From assembly GCA_963796275.1 (NCBI GenBank), contig CAWCKY010000007.1, positions 640,001 to 704,000 of the forward strand: DNA of 64,000 nucleotides. The letters run 5' to 3'. The position numbers and the translations under genes were made by a program. The notes beneath the pieces are model-generated. The model saw only the letters and a program-made list of their open reading frames with translations. It made no database searches and had not been told where the DNA came from. This DNA comes from an uncultured Acidobacteriota bacterium (GTDB lineage: Bacteria > Acidobacteriota > Blastocatellia > RBC074). Below, piece after piece: positions 21,892-32,535 of this stretch (position 1 is the stretch's first letter; each line of letters starts with the position of its first letter).

Positions 21892-23085
21892 CTACGCGCC
21901 GACGATTTGCTGCATGTTTTCTGGCGAATAGAATTCCGGGATCGATACCGTGCCCGCGATAGTTCCTACGAATCTGTCGGTTTGCGCTTGATTGCCGCGC
22001 AGAGCAGCAAGCATCTGCCGCATTTGCGGCGGGAGCGGCTCAAGGGTGGCAAATTGGCATGAAAAATCATACATCGGGAGCGCTTCCTCGTTTCGCCGTC
22101 GCTCATAAGCCGCGAGTGCAACTTCTAACGGCTGCTGTCCGGAAAGCCCGGCATCAATAGCTTCAGCCAGCAGCTCCGCGCTGCGAAATGCATCAGTGAT
22201 CCCCTGGGCCGTTATCGGGTCCTTGTGATACCCGGCATCTCCCGCTAGAGCCCAGCCTGGTCCATACGGCTTACGGAAGAAGTTCGGCACATCCGCCGTC
22301 CCGATGAATTTCTCCTCGCGCCTGCCCTGTCTCAATCGCTCCGCAAAATCCGGGGAGAGGGCGATCGTCCTCATAAAATTTCCTTCAATGTCCTTACGAA
22401 ATTCGTGAAACTCGCGATTAGTCCATCCGACAACCACGCAGACGAGGCCGTCGTTTGTTTGCATGCCACCAAACGATCGCCTATCACGAGAGTGAAAGGT
22501 TGGCGTCTCAACCGCTGTGCCGCTCCAATATGAGTAGTACCAACAGGCAAGGGACGGCTTATCGTTATATGCGGGAGCTTGAACAGTACGGGCCACGAGT
22601 GATCGCATTCCATCTGCCCCGATCACAATGCGGGCCTTTTCGCTCACCGTCGAGCCACCCTTCGCGTGCCCCCGAATCCCTGTGATGCGGTCTCCGTCCG
22701 CCAGCAGCTCCTGGACGGTGAATCCCTCCCGCAGTTCAGCGCCCGCGTCCACAGCCGCATCGACGAGGATCTTATCGAGGATTCTACGTCGCGGCATGCA
22801 GAATTCGGCAGCTCCATCAAACGACGGAGGATGGCCCGTGAGGGCGAAGTCACCAACATCAAATGAAAATCTGGATTGAGGAGGGCAATTGGAATCAATG
22901 ATCCTGTCGAAGAGCCCCCAGCGTTTGAGAAGAGCAATTCCTGGTTGCCAGACGAGGTGAGTAGAGATGGTATCGCTCGGAAAGGTAGCCCTGTCCACAA
23001 GTAGTACTCTATATCCCTTACCGGCGAGTAACATCGCTGTGGGCGAGCCGGCACATCGCGCACCGACTATTATTGCGTCATACAT
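21892..23085 (-). CDS. FAD-dependent oxidoreductase (geranylgeranyl reductase/monooxygenase-like)
   Basis: VGARCAG, IGADG, LAGDAGYHKDP. Confidence 0.85.
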   Translation of the reverse strand: MYDAIIVGARCAGSPTAMLLAGKGYRVLLVDRATFPSDTISTHLVWQPGIALLKRWGLFDRIIDSNCPPQSRFSFDVGDFALTGHPPSFDGAAEFCMPRRRILDKILVDAAVDAGAELREGFTVQELLADGDRITGIRGHAKGGSTVSEKARIVIGADGMRSLVARTVQAPAYNDKPSLACWYYSYWSGTAVETPTFHSRDRRSFGGMQTNDGLVCVVVGWTNREFHEFRKDIEGNFMRTIALSPDFAERLRQGRREEKFIGTADVPNFFRKPYGPGWALAGDAGYHKDPITAQGITDAFRSAELLAEAIDAGLSGQQPLEVALAAYERRRNEEALPMYDFSCQFATLEPLPPQMRQMLAALRGNQAQTDRFVGTIAGTVSIPEFYSPENMQQIVGA

Positions 23086-23107
23086 AGGGGACCCTTAAGA
23101 GCTTGTT

Positions 23108-23317
23108 TTAGGTTTTTCGCACAATATAAATGAGCACCCTGTGAAGGGCATAGGGGTCACTGCCTGCTGCTGCAGCGAGTTCATTGATATTATCGCTGCC
23201 TGCAGCTATGTGTTCGGCGATGCGAAGGGGAGCCGCCACGTGAATTCACCATGGAGTACAGAGATCGCTCAGCGCTCCAATATCCGCGCTATTTGCGCTG
23301 GCAAGAGAACCGCCCAT
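23108..23317 (-). pseudogene. Remnant of an O-methyltransferase N-terminal dimerisation domain
   Basis: LSDLCTPW*IHVAAPLRIAEHIAAG...ELAAAAGSDPYALHRVL; in-frame TGA at 23246-23248; ends before any SAM domain. Confidence 0.65.
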
Positions 23318-23357
23318 TACCTTTTCAAGATGCTGTCTTCCGTATAATTCTTTCGGG

Positions 23358-23837
23358 TCATTTCGCCACCCATTTCTCTCGTTGCTCAGGATCGGCTCCG
23401 CTTAATATCTGATTTAAATGATGCTCGAGATGGCGAATATAGTCTCTGACCACGAAGGTCAGCGGTTTTTGCTCTGAGTACCCCATATCGCATTTATTGT
23501 CTAGCATCTCTTGATTCAGGTTCGCCAATACGTGCGAGAGATGCTTGTTGTAAAAGTACCATAGTGATACCAGGTCCGCCCATTTTTCCGATTGATAGGC
23601 TTGTGTGCTCACCCAGAACTCCTGATCGTACTTTATGCTCACGTTCTCCGCCGCATTCTGTAGCCGCACAAATCTCTGATGGTTATTGGCCGCCGAGTCT
23701 ATCAAATGCCCGATAATTTCCTTCATCGACCACTTATCTTCAATCGTCTTCGTACACGCCCTTTCCTCGTCGATTGCCTCTAACTCCAACTTTGTTTTCT
23801 GAATAATTTCGAAAAGATGTGTTGCTTCTGTTTTCAT
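23358..23837 (-). CDS. DinB family protein
   Basis: WSMKEIIGHLIDSAANNHQRF, DYIRHLEHHL. Confidence 0.88.
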   Translation of the reverse strand: MKTEATHLFEIIQKTKLELEAIDEERACTKTIEDKWSMKEIIGHLIDSAANNHQRFVRLQNAAENVSIKYDQEFWVSTQAYQSEKWADLVSLWYFYNKHLSHVLANLNQEMLDNKCDMGYSEQKPLTFVVRDYIRHLEHHLNQILSGADPEQREKWVAK

Positions 23838-23943
23838 TATTATTTTCCCGGTGTTATTTCCTACGGTTGAGCCATTGCTACTGGTTATCAAAATCACATT
23901 GAGCTATTTTTAGGAATACATTGCGACAACCTGAAAGGAGGAT

Positions 23944-24405
23944 TTACTTGCGCTTCTTGGCTGGTCGCGCCGCAATCATGCGAACTGCGCTTTCGACGCG
24001 GCGTGCGCGGGTTTCAGGCTTTTTTGACCCTTCGATCGCTTCGACGTGTTCCCGTTGATGCGTAAAGCTCAGTTCCTGCCATCGGTCCCAGGCCGGTGGC
24101 GCCGCCTTCAGGGCCTTGATGAGATCATCGGGCGGCTCTATCTCTCGCTTGTCCGTGTCGAGCTCGATTTTGACATCGATCGTCTCGCCGCCTTCCAGGC
24201 CGGCTGCCTCGCGATTGCTCTTGCGAAACGGAATGCAAACAACGCCTCCCATAGAGGCGATCGTGCTCCGGAAGGTGTAGCCATTGAGAGTGACTTTTAC
24301 CGGCGCCCGAACCATACCGAATACGGCCTTCGGATCGAATGGTACGGGCACATAGCACATACTTCCTTCTCGAACGATTTTGACATTTACAACTTTTGAC
24401 GTCAT
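23944..24405 (-). CDS. DUF1905 + YdeI/OmpD-associated domain protein
   Basis: PVKVTLNGYTFRST, THQREH, KKPETRARR. Confidence 0.85.
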   Translation of the reverse strand: MTSKVVNVKIVREGSMCYVPVPFDPKAVFGMVRAPVKVTLNGYTFRSTIASMGGVVCIPFRKSNREAAGLEGGETIDVKIELDTDKREIEPPDDLIKALKAAPPAWDRWQELSFTHQREHVEAIEGSKKPETRARRVESAVRMIAARPAKKRK

Positions 24406-24564
24406 TTCATCTCTTCCTGTCGTTTTGTAATCCGTGAATCCTGTCTGTATTTACAACGTTTCAGAGCTATCGAACACGCCTGAAGTTCTTGCCTGCGTCT
24501 TATGCTCATCGTTCTGCTACTCGATCATGGGCAGCCAGGAGGGCAGCCAGGATGGGCAGCCAGC

Positions 24565-25125
24565 TTACACGAACCGATGATTCTTTAAAAACACATTTGC
24601 ATCGCCCTGTGTGTAGAAAACGAGGCGCACCTCTTCCAGCAACCGATCACCAGCGAGAAAACCGCCTATTGCTTCTGATGCTACCAACGCCGCTTCCTCG
24701 CGCGGATAACCGTAAGCCCCCGTCGAGATCGATGGAATCGCTATCGTTTTGATACTGTGCTCGACTGCGAGGGCAAGCGACTTTCGATAACAGGCAGCCA
24801 GTAATTCGGCATCTCTTCCGCCCGAGCGGCCTTTTATTGGGCCGACGGTATGTATCACGTATCGTGCCGCAAGGTTCCCGCCGGTCGTAATGATAGCCTC
24901 GCCCGTAGGCAGTCCGTTGGGGAAGCGTGTGCGGCGCATTTCTTTACATTCTTCCAGGATGTTCGGACCACCAGCATAGTGAATCGCGCCATCCACGCCG
25001 CCACCGCCCATGAGAGTAGAATTGGCGGCGTTGACTATAGCGTCGACTTTTTGTTGTGAAATGTCGCCGACAAGAATGGACACTCGACCGTTGAGAAAAG
25101 ATTTAAGGACATCAGGGCTATTCAT
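24565..25125 (-). CDS. Macro domain O-acetyl-ADP-ribose deacetylase (YmdB-like)
   Basis: GDI, VNAANSTLMGGGGVDGAIH, ISTGAYGYP. Confidence 0.92.
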   Translation of the reverse strand: MNSPDVLKSFLNGRVSILVGDISQQKVDAIVNAANSTLMGGGGVDGAIHYAGGPNILEECKEMRRTRFPNGLPTGEAIITTGGNLAARYVIHTVGPIKGRSGGRDAELLAACYRKSLALAVEHSIKTIAIPSISTGAYGYPREEAALVASEAIGGFLAGDRLLEEVRLVFYTQGDANVFLKNHRFV

Positions 25126-25161
25126 AATCAGCCTACATTTGCTTCATTTAAGCGGAGTTCT

Positions 25162-25626
25162 TCATTTCAATTTTTGTTCAATATGGCTCGGCTCAAATGT
25201 GTGGGTCGTGTGTTCGGTAACGCTCGGTGCGGCGTCAGTTATCCATGACGTCTGCACTTCGCCGAGCTCATTCATCGCTTTCTCTTGCAGTCGTCCAGTG
25301 CCGAGCACTTCTTTAGCGCGCCGCCTGGGACCCAGTAACTTCCAGATGAATACGCCTTCGATCGCAAGCATCAGCAGAAAGATGACAATCGGGAAGGCGA
25401 TTGTCAGAGCCGGGTTGAATTCGAGATTTTTCATCACCGCAATCAATCCGATGGTAGCTCCGAGGCCGACGACGAAGACTGCGACGATCGCCCAGATGAG
25501 GGACTCAGGTAAGGTCCCTGCTGACACGGCGATCTCCTCATCATTTGTCCCACTCAACTGCGTGCCGCAGCGCCTGCAGAAGTTTACTCCGCGTGTGACA
25601 GCCGTTCCGCAAGATGAACAATACAT
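25162..25626 (-). CDS. Zinc-ribbon membrane protein
   Basis: MYCSSCG..FCRRCG, two TM helices, C-terminal SVTEHTT. Confidence 0.75.
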   Translation of the reverse strand: MYCSSCGTAVTRGVNFCRRCGTQLSGTNDEEIAVSAGTLPESLIWAIVAVFVVGLGATIGLIAVMKNLEFNPALTIAFPIVIFLLMLAIEGVFIWKLLGPRRRAKEVLGTGRLQEKAMNELGEVQTSWITDAAPSVTEHTTHTFEPSHIEQKLK

Positions 25627-26041
25627 TTCTCTAACCTCCTCTGACCCCCATACGATACATCAATCGCCCAGGTTCAATGACAACTTTCTCGCAAGGCATG
25701 GCTACTGATTGGCTTAGGCTAACCAACCTGCATTTACATCGATGCCCAGGAGCTTTTCCAAGGAACTCGTGCTCGCTGCAGACTTCCGCATCTTCAAGTT
25801 TCAGCTTATGATTGCCGCGAGTTTTTATCATATGCTCGTCCACTCTTTCCATCTACTCAGCAATAAGATCGGGAGAGAACGAGCTTTCCTCCGTATGATT
25901 CATTAACTCGTCAGTATTGACAACCGGTTGTACATCTTCTGAGGGAGAGCGTCCATCTCACCATCTGACGCCTGAAAAATGAAAATGCCCTGGCGAGAGC
26001 GAGGCCCCGCGCGCTCCCAGAGGTTTCCAGAGGAGAGAAAC

Positions 26042-27973
26042 ATGAAGCAAGCAGCCAAGCTTTTTCTTGACCGCAAGATCACGCGTCGCACCTTCGTTTC
26101 GCGCCTCTCGCAAATGGGTTTGACCGCAACGGCGGCTACCGGGCTCGCCCGTTCGCTCGAAGCCAGCCCGGGCAGCCTGGTCGATAGCCCGAGCGGGAGC
26201 ATCGATTCGCCACCTGGCCGCATTGTTGAGGGTATGAGCGGCGGCGAGGTGATGGCTGAATTCCTGATGGAATGGAAAATCCCATACGTCTTTGGACTAG
26301 GCGGATCTGAGGAGGTCGGATTCCTCGATGCATTGGTCGATCGCGTGCAATTGCAATATGTGCAGGGCCTGCACGAGACGGCGGTCATGGCGATGGCCGA
26401 TGGGTATACCAGAATGTCGGGGCAGACCTCGTTCGTGAATCTGCACTCGGTGGCCGGCACCGCCTACGCTCTCGGACAGATAGTGAATGCCTACAAAGAC
26501 CGGATGCCGATAGTTATCACGGCCGGCGATCAGAGTACCAAGATTCGCGGGCATAACGCTTTTCTTGAAGCTGTGAACCTGGCCCAGATTCCGCGGGATT
26601 ATACCAGGTGGCATTGGGATGTCCTGAGCGTTCAGACGATACCCGATGTGCTCCGGCGAGCGTTCCTTTTTGCTCAGGTCCCGCCGGGCGGACCGACCTT
26701 CGTCACCTTCTCCAAAGATATGTGGGAGGAGCGGGTGAAGCGCGTCGAGATTCTGCCGCGCTCGCGGTCACAACTGGAATCATCGTTGCATCCTGACCCC
26801 GGCGCTGTCTCGAAGGTTGTGGACCTGCTGCTGGAGGCTCAATTGCCGGTCATTGTCGCCAGCAGGGAACTGAGCAGGTACGGTGGTGTGAAACAGATCA
26901 AGGAGATTTCTGAGCTGCTGGGCGCTCCTGTATTCTCTGATCTCTTCATCGGGCACAGCCCTATTGCATTTCCGACGACCCACCCGCAGTATGCCGGGTT
27001 TTTTGCGGAAGACCCGAGCTATCCCAACAACTTCGATCTCTACTGGAGCGTGGGGGGAACCATGTTCACGGTTATGGCTGCTCCGCCTGAGCCGCTGGTT
27101 CCACGGACGGCCAAGGTTATTCACACGAGCCTTGACGGCGCCGAGATCGGCCGCAATTATCCGGTCGATGTGATGATGCTGGCGAATGTGAGCCTGGCAG
27201 CCGAAGCCGTCCTCAACGAACTCAAGCGACGGAAATTGCCGGCGACGGTGATCGAGGATCGACGCCGGCGCGTTCACGAATACGCGCGGCAGCGGCGCCG
27301 GAAGCTGGAAGAACAGGCGCGCAGCGTATGGAATAACCAGCCGATTGCGAGTGCGCGTCTGGCGATGGAACTCAACCGGCGTCTGGATCCGAAAGCAGTC
27401 GTCGTGGTCGAGATGCCTACGGAGGAGCAGCTGGCATGCTCATACCTGGATTTCGATCAGAGCGGCGGCGGGCGTCGTCAGCTCACAACTAGCGGCGGCT
27501 GTCTGGGATGGGCAGTTGCGGCTGCGATCGGCGCCAAGATCGCCGAGCCCGATCGGCAGGTCGTAGCGCTTGTGGGTGATGGCGGCTTTCAATTCGGAGT
27601 CCAGGCTCTCTGGAGCGCCGCTCGTTACGAAGTCCCGGTCGGAATAATCATCTGGAATAATAACGGTTATCAGTCAAACCGGCACTTCCTTCACCAGTAT
27701 GGGGGCAGGGCAGCCGCGACCGGGCGGTACGTCAGCTCCTCCCTCGATTCGCCGGAGATCGATCACGTCGCTATCTCCAAAGGGTACGGCGTCGAGGCCG
27801 AGCGCGTGGTCCATCCGGATCAACTGGCAAACGCTATCGACCGCTGTCTTCGAACCATAGGCAGTGGCCGTCCATATCTTCTGGACGTCAAGATCCAGCG
27901 CCGATACGGTGGCGCAGATTCTACCTGGTACGATTTCTTCTCGGTTGCACGAAAACAGCCAAGACAAACATAA
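26042..27973 (+). CDS. ThDP-dependent enzyme (benzoylformate decarboxylase-like) with a Tat-like leader
   Basis: TRRTFV; HETAVMAMADGY; GDGGFQF...NNN ThDP motif. Confidence 0.85.
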   Translation: MKQAAKLFLDRKITRRTFVSRLSQMGLTATAATGLARSLEASPGSLVDSPSGSIDSPPGRIVEGMSGGEVMAEFLMEWKIPYVFGLGGSEEVGFLDALVDRVQLQYVQGLHETAVMAMADGYTRMSGQTSFVNLHSVAGTAYALGQIVNAYKDRMPIVITAGDQSTKIRGHNAFLEAVNLAQIPRDYTRWHWDVLSVQTIPDVLRRAFLFAQVPPGGPTFVTFSKDMWEERVKRVEILPRSRSQLESSLHPDPGAVSKVVDLLLEAQLPVIVASRELSRYGGVKQIKEISELLGAPVFSDLFIGHSPIAFPTTHPQYAGFFAEDPSYPNNFDLYWSVGGTMFTVMAAPPEPLVPRTAKVIHTSLDGAEIGRNYPVDVMMLANVSLAAEAVLNELKRRKLPATVIEDRRRRVHEYARQRRRKLEEQARSVWNNQPIASARLAMELNRRLDPKAVVVVEMPTEEQLACSYLDFDQSGGGRRQLTTSGGCLGWAVAAAIGAKIAEPDRQVVALVGDGGFQFGVQALWSAARYEVPVGIIIWNNNGYQSNRHFLHQYGGRAAATGRYVSSSLDSPEIDHVAISKGYGVEAERVVHPDQLANAIDRCLRTIGSGRPYLLDVKIQRRYGGADSTWYDFFSVARKQPRQT

Positions 27974-28068
27974 ATTGGGACTGGGGATGGGGGATGTATT
28001 CGATCTTCTCTTCGGCCCCCAGCCCCCAGCTCCAGCCCACAAGCCCCAATTCTCACAGGAGGCACTCT

Positions 28069-31032
28069 ATGACCAGCAGGAAGGCCTTGATAATTGTGTT
28101 TTGGATGGTGCTGTTCGCCTATGTAGATGCGATCGGGCAAACGTTGACATCCACGCTCTCCGGGACCACTCGCGATCAAGCGGGGGGCGCCATCCCGGGA
28201 GCCGGCATTACGGTAAAGAACCTTTTAACTGGCGCGTTTCGGACGATCAAGACCGATGGCGAGGGCAGATATTCCATGCTCAACCTGGACCCCGGTAAAT
28301 ACGAACTGCGCGCCGAAGCGCCAGGATATAGGACCACGCTTCACGGCCCGGTGATCCTGACGGTCGGCGGTACGACATCACTGGACATCACACTGGAAGT
28401 GGGCACGGTCAGCGATGCGATCCACGTCGAAGGTCAGGAGGCATTGATCGAGCCATCGAAGGTAGAAGTCAGCCGCGTCATCGCGACGCAGGAGATCGAG
28501 GCGTTACCCAACATCGGGCGCAATTTCGTAGACTTCGTCAAACTCTCGAGCGGGGTTGCCCCCGGACGCGAGAATGTCGGCGGCGGACCATTCAAAGAAC
28601 CCGACACCGGCGTCGGCGCGTCAGCTGCGCCGAGGTTGGCTTTCGGCGGCCAGACGGAGCTCAATACCATGATCCAGGTGGATGGCGTCGATAATATTCA
28701 GACCTTCACCGGCCTGCCGCGAGCCACGCCGTCACAGGAGGCGGCACGTGAGTTTCGCATTCTCAATACTACTTATCTGGCCGAATATGGCAGGGCGCTG
28801 GGCGGATTCGTAAATATCGTTACCAAAACCGGAGGCAACGAAGTCAACGGTTCTGCGTACTACTTTGGGATGAATGATGCGCTCAATGCGCGGTCGATCC
28901 TCAATCCGCCCGAGGCCAATGCGCTGCGGCAGAATCAATACGGCGCGACCATTGGCGGACCGATCAGCAAGACCAGAACCTTCTACTTTGGCAATTACGA
29001 GGGGCAGCGGCGCGGTGAATCGAACCGCTTCTCGCAGGTGATCCAGGACAATTTCGACACTCTCAATGCGATGCGTGCACGTTTCGGACTGCAGCCGGAG
29101 GTGCTCGATCAGTTGCGCACAAACGACTACGATCAATTCCTGCTCAAACTCGATCATCACTTCAATGAGCGGCACAGTATCACGGCGCGATATAACTTTC
29201 TCGACTCCGAGACTCGCAATTTTCTCGGGGGCGGCGGGCGAGCCTCGCCGGCATCGAGCACGGCGCGCAACAATCAGACGCGCGATCAAGCGCTCGTCGT
29301 GAGCGCGACCTCGATCATCTCACCGGTGGTGGTCAATGAAGCGCGCGTGCAGTTGGCGCGGCGCAATTTCGATTTCCGGCCTGTGCTCAAAGAGCCGGAC
29401 CTTGAGGTCTCCAATCTCCTTCTCACCGGAAAAAGCACCTCGGATTCGGATTTCTACAAAGAAGATCGCCTCCAGTTGGTAGAGAATTTGACCGGCACCA
29501 TAGGCGGGCATCAGTTGAAAGGCGGAGTGGATTTCAGTTATTTGACCGATAATGCCCAATGGAACGTCTTCTTTCCCGTCAGAATAATCTTTCCGACTCT
29601 CAATGATCTGCTCAACTTCACTCCGTCTTCGACCTCGGGCGTGGCCAATTTCTGGTGGCCTATGCTGTCGACGGCGACGGCGCATCCGGGGTTTCCGTTG
29701 CCATTTCAAAACGATGTTCCTCCGGAATGGGTAGAGTCCACGCTCTTCCAGATGAACCACAGCTCTTACGGCTTCTTCGTCCAGGACCAATGGAAGGCGA
29801 CGAGTAAGCTGACGTTGAGCTACGGCCTACGCTACGATTTCGAGCATTACCCTTCGCGTTATCTCGCGCAGCGTGACCTCAATAACTTCCAACCGCGTGT
29901 GGGCCTGGCCTATGCGCCGGCGAGCAAAACGGTGATCCGCGCCGGCTTCGGCATCTTTCATGATCGGATCGCGTCCAGTGTGGGGCAGGTCTTCACCGCC
30001 GCCGAATGGTCGAGCCGCGGCAACCTGGCGAACGCCGGTCTGTTGTTTCCGGGCGTAGCTCCAGTGCCCGGAAGGTTTCTGCAGTTGAACGTGCTCGGTC
30101 CCGCTGCGACCCCCGCTGCACTCACTTTTCTCGCGACGGGCCAAGCTCCGGCGACCGGTGTTACGAATCTGACTGATAACCTCAATGCGCTCCTTCGTAC
30201 GCCGTACAGCGAGCAGACGAGCCTGCAGGTCTCGCAAGAGATCGGCGGCGGCGTGGCATTATCGGCGAGCTATCTCTTAGTGCACGGAGTGAAACTGATC
30301 GGCCACACACCCAATCTCAATGCTGTGTTGAATGGCGAGGTGCCGGGAGTGCCGGGGAAACCGCGTATCGGCGGCCGCCTATTTCCTGAATTGGGCAACT
30401 TTCACGTCAATACCAATCTGGGCGATTCGATCTATCACGGCGGCACCTTCGAGGCAGAGAAGCGATTCAGCCGCGGCCTGAGCTTTCACGCCAGCTATAC
30501 ATTCTCCAAGACGATTGGGAATGTTGATTCGGTGACGAATCTGGGCGATATTGCGGAAGGGCTGAATTTGCGCGATGAACGCGGGCTCTCGCGCCAGCAC
30601 GTGGGGCATCGATTCACGCTCAGTTTCGTCGGCGAGATTCCCAGAACGGCTTCCGTGATCCGAGGATTCAAGGTCAGCAGCCTGATCTCGGTTGAGAGCG
30701 GGCGTCCCTTCAACGTCTCCACGGGATTCGATGCCAACGGTGACGGCAATCCGTTATCGGATCGCCCGGGATTTCTGGGACGCAATACGCTGATCGGCCC
30801 CGGCTATGCCTCGGTCGATCTGCGCATAGCTCGTCCGGTGAGGCTTACCGAACGGTTGAGCAGTGAATTCAGTCTCGATTTCTTCAATCTGTTAAACCGC
30901 GTGAATATTCGGGACCTCAACACGGTCTATGGCAGTCCTACTCTGACGGTTGTGCCGATCGCCAGCTTTAATACGCCGCGCGATGTCTTCAACCCCCGTC
31001 AATTGCAGGTTGGCGTTAAATTGAGATTCTGA
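28069..31032 (+). CDS. Oar-type TonB-dependent receptor
   Basis: Signal peptide, AEYGRALGG, VQDQWK, QPRVG, C-terminal QVGVKLRF. Confidence 0.9.
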   Translation: MTSRKALIIVFWMVLFAYVDAIGQTLTSTLSGTTRDQAGGAIPGAGITVKNLLTGAFRTIKTDGEGRYSMLNLDPGKYELRAEAPGYRTTLHGPVILTVGGTTSLDITLEVGTVSDAIHVEGQEALIEPSKVEVSRVIATQEIEALPNIGRNFVDFVKLSSGVAPGRENVGGGPFKEPDTGVGASAAPRLAFGGQTELNTMIQVDGVDNIQTFTGLPRATPSQEAAREFRILNTTYLAEYGRALGGFVNIVTKTGGNEVNGSAYYFGMNDALNARSILNPPEANALRQNQYGATIGGPISKTRTFYFGNYEGQRRGESNRFSQVIQDNFDTLNAMRARFGLQPEVLDQLRTNDYDQFLLKLDHHFNERHSITARYNFLDSETRNFLGGGGRASPASSTARNNQTRDQALVVSATSIISPVVVNEARVQLARRNFDFRPVLKEPDLEVSNLLLTGKSTSDSDFYKEDRLQLVENLTGTIGGHQLKGGVDFSYLTDNAQWNVFFPVRIIFPTLNDLLNFTPSSTSGVANFWWPMLSTATAHPGFPLPFQNDVPPEWVESTLFQMNHSSYGFFVQDQWKATSKLTLSYGLRYDFEHYPSRYLAQRDLNNFQPRVGLAYAPASKTVIRAGFGIFHDRIASSVGQVFTAAEWSSRGNLANAGLLFPGVAPVPGRFLQLNVLGPAATPAALTFLATGQAPATGVTNLTDNLNALLRTPYSEQTSLQVSQEIGGGVALSASYLLVHGVKLIGHTPNLNAVLNGEVPGVPGKPRIGGRLFPELGNFHVNTNLGDSIYHGGTFEAEKRFSRGLSFHASYTFSKTIGNVDSVTNLGDIAEGLNLRDERGLSRQHVGHRFTLSFVGEIPRTASVIRGFKVSSLISVESGRPFNVSTGFDANGDGNPLSDRPGFLGRNTLIGPGYASVDLRIARPVRLTERLSSEFSLDFFNLLNRVNIRDLNTVYGSPTLTVVPIASFNTPRDVFNPRQLQVGVKLRF

Positions 31033-31358
31033 GGATGTAAACTTGTACTATATCGCAGGGTATACCGAATGCTGCCGGTCTTTGCCGCAAGGATACGTAT
31101 TACCCAATGGCTTTCGAAGAAGAGTCGCGCAGGCTGATCGCACAACGGGTTCCGACAGTGAAGCGCATGTCGCGACGGAGAGGGATGCGATCGACTTCGC
31201 CTGCAATGCGGTGAACATCTGACGTCTGGTTATTTTAAATGAGATGACTCCGGAATTGATGAACGATTGGCACATGCTGAATTTGAGGTGGCGCAGACCC
31301 AATTGAGCCGTCGTTATTATTCTTCCTGAAATGCAGGCCTTGTGCGGTCTTACGTCAA

Positions 31359-31393
31359 CTGTAACCGATGCCTGTCAGGGCATTCGGTCTACA
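31359..31393. repeat. GTAG-type REP-like hairpin
   Basis: tgtaaccgatgcc-tgtca-gggcattcggtctaca. Confidence 0.5.
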
Positions 31394-31419
31394 GCCTTGC
31401 TAAGCACCTGATAATTGGA

Positions 31420-31440
31420 TCCCGCTGTTAAACAGCGGGA
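31420..31440. terminator. Hairpin after the M28 peptidase gene
   Basis: tcccgctgt-taa-acagcggga. Confidence 0.55.
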
Positions 31441-31446
31441 GCATGG

Positions 31447-32325
31447 TTACTTTGTCTTTTGCTTTTCTCTACTCACCTCGCAAGCAAGATTATCCATCTC
31501 GACTACCAATGCTAGCGCAAGTCTATATCCCAAATAGACACTGGTTGAATTTACTTTTGTAACTTGATCATTTCTCGTATGTAATACTTCTGTCCATCCA
31601 TTCCCTACGGCACTGATCGTTACTGCCGGGATTTTCTTCTCTATGAATGGGATCGAATCCGCTCCAGCCTCAGGAATGCTTATCTTGGTAAAGGGCATCT
31701 TCATTCGCTGCGCAAGCTCTGTCATGCTATTGACCAATGTTTTGCTCGATGCATTCTCCAGAACTTGCGGGGCTGCCATACCCAAACTGTCTATATTGAC
31801 CATCGCACAGTATTGGCTTACTTCTTCTTTCTTTATACCCCGCACCATTGCCTTTGAACCGAGTAAGCCTTCTTCCTCCTTTCCGAAAGCAGCAAAGATC
31901 AATGTCTTCTGCAACTGGACATCTTTGAGACTTCTGTAGATATGCGTCAGTGCTACAATGCCTGTCCAATTATCTATAGCACCACATCCATCCCGAGACT
32001 TGTCATAGTGCGCTCCCACGACGATAATTCCTTGTGCCTGGCCTTGTTTGCGCACAATAATATTTTCTACACCGTCGCGCTTTTCAGTTAAAACTTCTTC
32101 GGCCTGAGCACTCATTTTACTGAATAAGGATTTAACGGCGTTCAACCGTTCGCGTTCTTCGCAAGGTACTTGAGCTATATCCTCCGCAATTTGCTCCTCG
32201 GTGGAAATTACCAGATTATTGTTCTGACTAGCGGAAGAATTTAGTGTAAGAATAGAAGAAATTAGAGTAAGTATAAATGATAGACAAAAGACAATTACTA
32301 AGCGTGGGTAGCGAGATAAACGCAT
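31447..32325 (-). CDS. M28 family metallopeptidase
   Basis: VGAHYD, GAIDNWTG, EEEGLLGS, NIDS, HTRND. Confidence 0.88.
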   Translation of the reverse strand: MRLSRYPRLVIVFCLSFILTLISSILTLNSSASQNNNLVISTEEQIAEDIAQVPCEERERLNAVKSLFSKMSAQAEEVLTEKRDGVENIIVRKQGQAQGIIVVGAHYDKSRDGCGAIDNWTGIVALTHIYRSLKDVQLQKTLIFAAFGKEEEGLLGSKAMVRGIKKEEVSQYCAMVNIDSLGMAAPQVLENASSKTLVNSMTELAQRMKMPFTKISIPEAGADSIPFIEKKIPAVTISAVGNGWTEVLHTRNDQVTKVNSTSVYLGYRLALALVVEMDNLACEVSREKQKTK

Positions 32326-32383
32326 CTGGTTCTCCTTCCTGTAATATCTGTTGTAAATCAGAAGTAACAGTATTATTGCCGAA

Positions 32384-32472
32384 ACCTAACGTCAGTGTTC
32401 ACCGGGCAGCCGTGTGGTATTGGCTTTCAATAAAACAACGGCTCGGCGGCTCTTAAGAAACAACCGTTGGGG
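32384..32472. other. Degenerate integron attC-like site
   Basis: acctaac (RYYYAAC) ... gttgggg bounding an imperfect palindrome (agccg/cggct). Confidence 0.4.
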
Positions 32473-32535
32473 ATTTGGGGGATCGCGTTCTAGCTTCGCT
32501 AAGTTTTTCTTGCGTGTCAAAGCAAAGCATACTGC

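Noticed and set aside
23246-23248. Selenocysteine codon
   Set aside because: The ORF is truncated shortly afterwards and no SECIS-like hairpin is evident.
24528-24564. gggcagccagga x3 repeat as a functional element
   Set aside because: Looks like a simple local slippage duplication downstream of a stop codon.
25631-25852. 73-aa ORF
   Set aside because: No recognisable motif; overlaps the likely promoter region of the zinc-ribbon gene.
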